Assembly (NCBI GenBank): GCA_016124955.1
Contig: WGMR01000007.1
Location: 32,840 to 96,839, forward strand
DNA length: 64,000 nt
Direction of reading: 5' to 3'
DNA from: Alphaproteobacteria bacterium
Lineage (GTDB): Bacteria > Pseudomonadota > Alphaproteobacteria > UBA9219 > RFNS01
Shown here piece by piece: positions 56,790 to 64,000 of this stretch (the stretch's first letter is position 1; each line of letters opens with the position of its first letter). The notes under the pieces were generated by a model. It did not search any database. It saw only the letters and a list, made by a program, of their open reading frames with translations, and had not been told where the DNA came from. The translations under genes were made by a program, and so were the position numbers.

Positions 56790-57248
56790 TTACACTTTCC
56801 CGCCCCTGCGGGCGGTCCAGATTTGTTCCATCTTTATGTAAGTGAAGGACGCCGACCAGGCGATCATCAGCAGGCCCGTGAGCGCTTCGGCCACCGCGAT
56901 GGCGGCAAAGGCGCCGTGGGGAATAATGTCGCCGTAGCCGAGCGAGGTATAGTTGACGGCGGAGAAATAGCCGAAAGCACCGAGGCTTGCATCGAAATCG
57001 CCCGCGAGCGATCCGAGCGCGGGGAACATCGCGACCGCCTTCATCGCCAGCGCGAACACCCATATCTCGATAATGTGCCCGCCGATCAATGCGGCGACGA
57101 TCAGCACCATCGCGCGCCGCCCCGCATGCCGTTTTTGCACCCACGGCAGAATGCGATCGGAAATCGCGAGGATCACCTCGTAATGCACCAGCAGCGTCGC
57201 CATAACGAGCGCGCCCGCGATGATCCAGCCGAGAAGATAGATCAGCAT
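56790..57248 (-). CDS. small two-TM K+ channel-like protein
   Basis: Selectivity-filter signature TSLGYGD flanked by TM helices. Confidence 0.7.
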   Translation of the reverse strand: MLIYLLGWIIAGALVMATLLVHYEVILAISDRILPWVQKRHAGRRAMVLIVAALIGGHIIEIWVFALAMKAVAMFPALGSLAGDFDASLGAFGYFSAVNYTSLGYGDIIPHGAFAAIAVAEALTGLLMIAWSASFTYIKMEQIWTARRGGKV

Positions 57249-57327
57249 GCGTTTGTCTGCCCCGCGTCGTGAATAACTGGCCGTAGGGAAATTATAGGCA
57301 TTGAGAGGATTTTAGGCCAGCCTTGCT

Positions 57328-59973
57328 TCAGGCGACTTCATCGAGCTTCTGCTCGCCTTCGGCCGGCTGCGCTTCGCTGCTTGCGGCGGGAAGCGGCTCG
57401 CCCGCCAGTTCACGCACGACATTCACGGCGCCCGCTGCAAACGCACCCTCTTCATCGAGCCCGCGGATATAGGCCGCGACCTTTTGCTGTTTTGCGATCG
57501 CCCCCGCGCGGTCGCGCAGCACGGCTGCGATGGCGGCGGCGAATGCATCCGTATCTTCGGGCGTGACCAGCGGCAGGTTTTCCGCCTGCCCGGCCAGCTT
57601 TTCGGTGATCATCGGCAGCTCGGTGCCGACGATGGGCGCGCCGTAATTGAGCGCTTCGTAAATTTGCGTCGGGAAATTGCCTTCCATGTTGGAAGAGAAA
57701 GCGAGGCAGGCGCAGTTGCGATAGAGCCAGGCGACGGTTTCGTCATCAATGCCGCGTGCGAAAATCGTGCGGGCTTCGAGGTTAAGCTGGTCAAAGACTT
57801 CCTTTGCCGGCTCGAAATGATCCATATGGCCGGTGAGCACGAGCTGCAGATCCGGAAATTCCGCGGAAAGACGATGCGTTGCGCGCAAAAGCATCGCAAT
57901 GTTTTTATTGGGCCGGTTCTGCGTAGGGTAGAACAGGAACGGCCTGCCGCGCAGCTGCGCGCGCAACGCCGCGATTGCCGGCGCGGCTTCGTCGATATGT
58001 TCGATCGTGCCGGTGTTGAGTTGAGGCAGCGGAAAGACCCGGATTTTGGCGGCATCCACCTTCAGATCGCAGCGCGGCAGGTAGCCCGCGCTGAAGTGCG
58101 AATTGGTAAAAACCACTTGCGCTTTTTGTGTAATATAGCGGGCGACGCGCGCGAGCCCCGCATCGACATTGAATTCCCCGGTTTCTTTGTAGAAATGCGG
58201 GATGTAATCGGGCAAATAGAGCGCCAGCGGCTTTTCCAGTGTCAGCGAATCCATGAAGAAATAATAATGCGGATTGATAATGCCGACGGCGTGCGCATCG
58301 GCGTTGATGCGGTCGGTATGGCTGTAGAGGAAGCCGCGGAATGCCGGCGGCACCAGCTGGCTCGGCTGCAGGCGGGCGAACTTTTTCCGGAGGCGTCCGC
58401 GCCGCGCCATGACATAGGCAAAAACCTTGCGCGCGAAACGCAAGCCGCGCAGCAGAATCTGTCCGGCTATGATAATAAGCCGGCGGATACGCGGGCCGCG
58501 CCGCGCGAGCGTAAGGCCGAGTCTCAGCAATTTTTCCTTCAAGCCGCGTTCAACCACATCGACGCGGTGCCTCAACCCTTCGTGCGGGTTCACGCCGCGC
58601 GGCAACGCCATACCGGGGCGGGCGGGCAGCGCTTCATCCCCTTCGACCGGCATGATGCGCAGGCGCGCGCTGTCCGGTCCGCCGGGCGTAAAGAACCCGT
58701 GTACATTCGCGGCCTCGGACGCATAGGCGGTGATTACGACTTGCAGTTTCGTATGTTTCAGAAGCGCGTGGCAAAAACGGCGCATGACACGGGGAATGCC
58801 GTCGGTCGCGATATAGCTGCCGTTTTCGAACTTGATGCTTCGGTGCGGGTAATGATCGTAGATATAGATACGTTTTTGCGTTTCATCGGCGCGGTCGGCC
58901 GCGTTCAACACGACCGGGCGTGCCGTGTTGCGCGTTTCCGGCTTCAACAGGCGGGCGAATGTTTCATCGAACAGCGGGTTGACATGTTCGGGCGTATAAA
59001 GTTTGCGCACCTCGCCCTGGGACGCGATAACCTCGTTAATATAGCCGCTGTCGCCGGCCAGCAAGCGCCGCGTTTTGGCGTGCGCTTCATCCTCGTTCTG
59101 CGCCCGTCCCGGCGCCTTGCCGCCGAAATAGCGATCGAGCAGCGAACCGGGCATAAAAACAACGGGCCCGCCCGCAACCATCATTTCAATCGGCGGCAGG
59201 TAACAAACATCGCGCTCGGTATAGGTGTAAAGCAGTCCGGCGCTTTGCTTATAGGCCTGCAGGTGCCGTTCGCGCGGCAAGGTGCCGACGATTTGCGGAT
59301 CTTCGATATCGCTCCGCATCTGCACGCCATAGAAACGGAAATACCGCTGCGGGAAATTGCGCTTCAGGTATAGATAGTGGTGGCGGTAATAGATGTTATC
59401 GATATTCGGGCACACCGCCATAATTTCGGGCTTATGTTCGCCTTGTGCCCAGGTATCCGTGAGCGCAAGCGCGTCCTGCCCAAGATGGTAAGGCACGGGC
59501 ACGCATCGATCGCGCAGCCAGGCATGCTCGCTTGCCGCCGTTAGCGGGCTGTGCGGCACGAACCAGAAATCGGGCCGTTCCGTCACCAGCCGCAGCGTGC
59601 CGAAATTGAACAGATGGTCGCTGAGCGGTTCGATCTGGCCGTAGGTGCGAAAGATAACCTTGCCGCGAAATACGCGCAGAAGCTCGTGCAGCCAGCCGGG
59701 ATGGATGGTGACGATCATGACATCGAAATGTGCGTTGAGCAGCTCGCCAACTTCCGGGCTGACCTGATCGTAATAAAAATTGGTGCGCGACAATTTATCG
59801 AACACGTCGCGCGGCAGCGTGGTGGGCTGATGCGTATCCCATGCGAGGTTGGCGGACTGATCCGGCACGGGGCTAAGATAGGGGGGGTTGAAAACTTCGT
59901 AGCCCAACTGGCGCAGACGCGGCAGCTCGGTGCGCGTTAAAAGTTTGTGCATGCCGAGCCAGAAAATACGCAT
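57328..59973 (-). CDS. large (881 aa) glycosyltransferase, unknown N-terminal domains + C-terminal GT4 (GT-B) domain
   Basis: C-terminal AFSSNMEGNFPTQIYEALNYGAPIVGTELP resembles the GT4 EX7E region. Confidence 0.65.
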   Translation of the reverse strand: MRIFWLGMHKLLTRTELPRLRQLGYEVFNPPYLSPVPDQSANLAWDTHQPTTLPRDVFDKLSRTNFYYDQVSPEVGELLNAHFDVMIVTIHPGWLHELLRVFRGKVIFRTYGQIEPLSDHLFNFGTLRLVTERPDFWFVPHSPLTAASEHAWLRDRCVPVPYHLGQDALALTDTWAQGEHKPEIMAVCPNIDNIYYRHHYLYLKRNFPQRYFRFYGVQMRSDIEDPQIVGTLPRERHLQAYKQSAGLLYTYTERDVCYLPPIEMMVAGGPVVFMPGSLLDRYFGGKAPGRAQNEDEAHAKTRRLLAGDSGYINEVIASQGEVRKLYTPEHVNPLFDETFARLLKPETRNTARPVVLNAADRADETQKRIYIYDHYPHRSIKFENGSYIATDGIPRVMRRFCHALLKHTKLQVVITAYASEAANVHGFFTPGGPDSARLRIMPVEGDEALPARPGMALPRGVNPHEGLRHRVDVVERGLKEKLLRLGLTLARRGPRIRRLIIIAGQILLRGLRFARKVFAYVMARRGRLRKKFARLQPSQLVPPAFRGFLYSHTDRINADAHAVGIINPHYYFFMDSLTLEKPLALYLPDYIPHFYKETGEFNVDAGLARVARYITQKAQVVFTNSHFSAGYLPRCDLKVDAAKIRVFPLPQLNTGTIEHIDEAAPAIAALRAQLRGRPFLFYPTQNRPNKNIAMLLRATHRLSAEFPDLQLVLTGHMDHFEPAKEVFDQLNLEARTIFARGIDDETVAWLYRNCACLAFSSNMEGNFPTQIYEALNYGAPIVGTELPMITEKLAGQAENLPLVTPEDTDAFAAAIAAVLRDRAGAIAKQQKVAAYIRGLDEEGAFAAGAVNVVRELAGEPLPAASSEAQPAEGEQKLDEVA

Positions 59974-60048
59974 AAATTGTTCTCTGTGACGCCTGTTTCA
60001 CCACCGCCATTGCCGCTTGCGCGGCACGGCATGAAAGCCCGGGGGATA

Positions 60049-61347
60049 TTATGCCCCGGTTCTGCCTACAATCTCAAGTTCCGGCATCGGGAAAATCAGT
60101 TTGCCGCCGCGGGCAAGAAAAGCCTGTTCGCGCGCCACAATGGCATCGCGGAAATGCCAGGGCAGCACCAGAAAATAATCGGGCTGCATCGCATGCGCTT
60201 CGGTTTCGGCCACGATCGGGATTTTGGTGCCCGGCGTGAAGGCGCCGAATTTATCCGGGTTGACCTCGGCGATGCAGGGAAGCGTTTCGCTATTAATTCC
60301 GCAATATTGCAAAAGCACATTGCCCTTGGTCGAGGCGCCGTAACCGAGCACCTTTTTGCCTTCGCTTTGCAGGCGTTGCAGCAACTTGAGTAATTCTTCG
60401 CGTTGCGCGCGGGCGACTTGCTGGAAAGCTTGCAGCGGCGCCGGAGTATCAAGCCCGAGCCGCTTTTCTTCCGCCATCATCGCATGGATCATGGCGGTTG
60501 CTTCGGGCCATGGCGCGGCTTGCTTCGCGGCCGTGACCGAAAAGCTGCCGCCGTTAATGTCGTTTAACGCGACATCGACGATCTTGAGGCCGATTTTATC
60601 GGCCATGAACTTGATTTGCGCCAGCGCGTAATATTCCAGATGTTCCTGGCACACCGTATCGTAGGAGCGCGCGGCCAGCATGGCGGGCAGGTAGCTTTGT
60701 TCGAACACCCAGACGCCGTCATCCGCCAGCATTTCGGCCACTTCGCGCGCGAAGGCGCAGGGATCCTGCAGATCGTAGAACATGGCAATCGACGTGATGA
60801 CGCGCGCCTTGCCGCCCGCGCCGACAATTTTGCGCGCAGCATCGGCGGAGAAGAAATCCTCAACCACCTCGATGCCCGGCTGGTAGAATTTGCGGAACTT
60901 GGCGGCCGAAGGATCGATCCCGAGGCGGCGAAGCCCTTCGACCTTATAGGCACCGAGCGTGGTGCCATCGTTGCTGCCGATATCGATTACCCAATCGCCC
61001 GGCTGCAGCGCGACGCGCGCGCAGACCGCCGCCACCTTGCCTTCAAGATGACGAACCATCGAGGCGTTGAGGCCCGAACGGTAACCGTAGGTCTGGCCGT
61101 ACAACATGCCCGGCTGGTAGTTGTGCGCGAGCTGCACAAGGTTGCAATCATCGCACTGCACCAGCCGCATCGGCCCAGCGGGAATGTTTTCAGCCGCCGA
61201 TTTGGGGAACACGCCGGTCAGCGCCTGCGTACCAAGGTCGAACACATCGGTCAGGCCGCCGCTGCCGCACAGGCGGCAATTTTCGATCGCGGTGCAGAAA
61301 TCCTGCCCGGGGGGCCGGGTTTTTTCGGCAGTGGAGGGTTGCGACAT
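60049..61347 (-). CDS. SAM-dependent NDP-hexose C-methyltransferase-like protein (TylCIII-type architecture)
   Basis: N-terminal Cys-rich putative Zn-binding motif (CRLCGSGG ... CDDC), central class I MTase fold (VIDIGSNDG), C-terminal C-methyltransferase-like domain. Confidence 0.65.
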   Translation of the reverse strand: MSQPSTAEKTRPPGQDFCTAIENCRLCGSGGLTDVFDLGTQALTGVFPKSAAENIPAGPMRLVQCDDCNLVQLAHNYQPGMLYGQTYGYRSGLNASMVRHLEGKVAAVCARVALQPGDWVIDIGSNDGTTLGAYKVEGLRRLGIDPSAAKFRKFYQPGIEVVEDFFSADAARKIVGAGGKARVITSIAMFYDLQDPCAFAREVAEMLADDGVWVFEQSYLPAMLAARSYDTVCQEHLEYYALAQIKFMADKIGLKIVDVALNDINGGSFSVTAAKQAAPWPEATAMIHAMMAEEKRLGLDTPAPLQAFQQVARAQREELLKLLQRLQSEGKKVLGYGASTKGNVLLQYCGINSETLPCIAEVNPDKFGAFTPGTKIPIVAETEAHAMQPDYFLVLPWHFRDAIVAREQAFLARGGKLIFPMPELEIVGRTGA

Positions 61348-61368
61348 CGGCTTCCGTTTTCCCGTTGT

Positions 61369-62430
<1,062 letters not shown>

Positions 62431-62437
62431 CTAAGGG

Positions 62438-64000
62438 TTATGCGCGCGGTTTTCTTTTTCTTGCAGGCCCGGTTTTGCGCTTTTTCGTGTTGTCCTGTTT
62501 CGCCGGCACGCCCGCATGCGGCATGCGCTGATAACGGTCTTCGAAGCGGACGATATCGTCTTCGCCCAGATATTCGCCGCTCTGCACCTCGATCATCACC
62601 AGATCGATCGCGCCGGGGTTTTCCAGCCGGTGGCGGTTGCCCGCGCGGATGAAGGTCGATTCGTTGGCCTTGAGGATAAAAACTTCCTTGTCATTGGTGA
62701 CGCGTGCGGTGCCGCGCAGCACAACCCAATGTTCGTTGCGGTGATGATGCAGTTGCAGCGAAAGCGCCGCGCCCGGGCGCACTTCGATGCGCTTGATTTT
62801 GAAGTTTTCGCGTTGTTCCAGAACCGTGTAGGTGCCCCACGGGCGATAGACCGTGCGATGCAGGACCGCGCTTTCGTGGTTATCGCGCTTCAGTTGCTGC
62901 ACAATCGCGCGCACATCCTGCGCGCGGTCCTTGCGGGCCACCAGCAGCGCATCGGCGGTATCGACGATCACAAGGTCTTCGACACCGACGGCGCCGACCA
63001 TGCGGTCTTCGGCGTGGATGTAGCAGCCCGAGGTATCGTGTAAAATCGCTTGCCCTTCGATCCGGTTGCCGTCCGCATCGGCGGGGGCGAGGTTGCTGAC
63101 CTCGAGCCAGGATCCGACATCGCTCCAGCCGATATCGCATTTGACGACGGCGGCGCCCTTGGCTTTTTCCATCAAGGCGTAATCGAGCGATACGTTCTGC
63201 GCGCCCATGAAGGCGCCGCCCAGTTCGACCGTGACGCCGCCCTTTTCCTTCAGCCTGTGCGCCTGCTCGACCGATTTGCGCACACCCGCGACGATAGCGG
63301 GCGCGTGGCGCTGCATTTCGGCCAGCAGCGTGCCGGCCGTGAAACAGAACATGCCGCTGTTCCAGAGATGGCGGCGCGAAGCGGCGTACTGCCGTGCGCG
63401 CTCCTCATCCGGTTTCTCGACGAAGCGGCTGATGCGGAAGGGCGCGGCTTTGAACAGGGTACGGATTTCGGCGCCGCCAGCGGCGAGCGCGACCGCACTG
63501 GCGGACGCATCCGTGATCGCATCGCCGGTCTCGATGTAGCCGTAACCGGTTTCGGCGCGCGTGGGCTGGATGCCGAAAGTTGCCAGCATGCCTTGCTGCG
63601 CCAGCGCGGCGGCTTCCGCCACCGCATCGGCGAAGGCCGCGCCATTGGCGATGATGTGGTCCGCGGGCAGCACGAGCAGGACGGCATCATCGCCGTGCCG
63701 TTCGGCCGCAATCAAGGCCGCCGCCGTTACCGCCGGGGCGGTGTTGCGCCCTTCCGGTTCCAGCACATAGGAGCTGGCGAGGCCTTGCCGCGACAGCGGC
63801 GCATATTCATCGCGCACGCGGAAATAGGTTTCGCGGTTGATGACGCTGATGATTTCTTCGGTATCCGGCAGCGCGGCCGCGCGGGCAAAAGTTTTTTGCA
63901 AAAGGCTTTGATTGTCGCCAAGGCGCATGAAGGGCTTGGGATCGCTGGCGCGCGATACAGGCCAGAGCCGCGACCCGGCCCCACCTGAAATAATCACCGG
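62438..64000 (-). CDS. manC: bifunctional mannose-1-phosphate guanylyltransferase / mannose-6-phosphate isomerase (5' end just beyond window)
   Basis: (P)VIISGGAGSRLWPVSR nucleotidyltransferase N-term and C-terminal cupin (HHHRNEHWVVLRGTA); start codon expected 1-3 codons outside the window. Confidence 0.85.
   Translation of the reverse strand, partial: PVIISGGAGSRLWPVSRASDPKPFMRLGDNQSLLQKTFARAAALPDTEEIISVINRETYFRVRDEYAPLSRQGLASSYVLEPEGRNTAPAVTAAALIAAERHGDDAVLLVLPADHIIANGAAFADAVAEAAALAQQGMLATFGIQPTRAETGYGYIETGDAITDASASAVALAAGGAEIRTLFKAAPFRISRFVEKPDEERARQYAASRRHLWNSGMFCFTAGTLLAEMQRHAPAIVAGVRKSVEQAHRLKEKGGVTVELGGAFMGAQNVSLDYALMEKAKGAAVVKCDIGWSDVGSWLEVSNLAPADADGNRIEGQAILHDTSGCYIHAEDRMVGAVGVEDLVIVDTADALLVARKDRAQDVRAIVQQLKRDNHESAVLHRTVYRPWGTYTVLEQRENFKIKRIEVRPGAALSLQLHHHRNEHWVVLRGTARVTNDKEVFILKANESTFIRAGNRHRLENPGAIDLVMIEVQSGEYLGEDDIVRFEDRYQRMPHAGVPAKQDNTKKRKTGPARKRKPRA

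Noticed and set aside
56282-59973. Classic tRNA-integrated genomic island
   Set aside because: No integrase, no direct repeat of the tRNA 3' end was spotted, and GC content downstream is near genomic average; only the gene content is accessory-like.

Overview
This is a high-GC (about 65%) chromosomal segment of alphaproteobacterial character, dominated by flagellar and chemotaxis genes whose order resembles the Caulobacter arrangement. Left to right it contains: the 3' end of a suf Fe-S cluster operon (sufS-sufU-sufT-sufA), bioD, a duplicated-fold membrane protein, pepN, a PagL-like outer-membrane deacylase and an EamA transporter. A flgE-flgK-flgL operon follows, extended by a 501-aa unknown protein and a TPR/GT9-like (FlmG/FlbA-like) glycosyltransferase. 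On the minus strand lies a flaF-flbT-flagellin unit with a sigma54 promoter and ftr-like enhancer repeats. On the plus strand come flaG and a second TPR/GT9 paralog. Next is a minus-strand run cheY-cheZ-(1141-aa periplasmic TPR protein)-(1417-aa thioester-less alpha-2-macroglobulin lipoprotein). Then come a fliL-fliM-hyp-motE-like operon and flgF-flgG-flgA-flgH. A low-GC islet follows with two tandem 104-bp repeats and a Cys-rich lipoprotein. After that come a DUF1330 gene, proBA, dksA, a Ca2+/cation antiporter, divergent fliX / flgI-cheL-flbY-fliK-flgD, argH, a small lipoprotein, a DUF4175/TIGR02302 protein, an AdoMetDC-like protein, a DnaJ-domain membrane protein and tRNA-Leu(CAA). Downstream of the tRNA are a lipoprotein, a small K+ channel and a GDP-sugar modification cluster (manC-gmd-C-methyltransferase-881-aa GT). 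No transposase, integrase or CRISPR array was seen. The most unusual elements are the cheYZ-linked giant periplasmic TPR protein plus alpha-2-macroglobulin, the paired TPR-GT9 putative flagellin glycosyltransferases, the 104-bp repeat islet, and a perfect palindrome at the fliX start.
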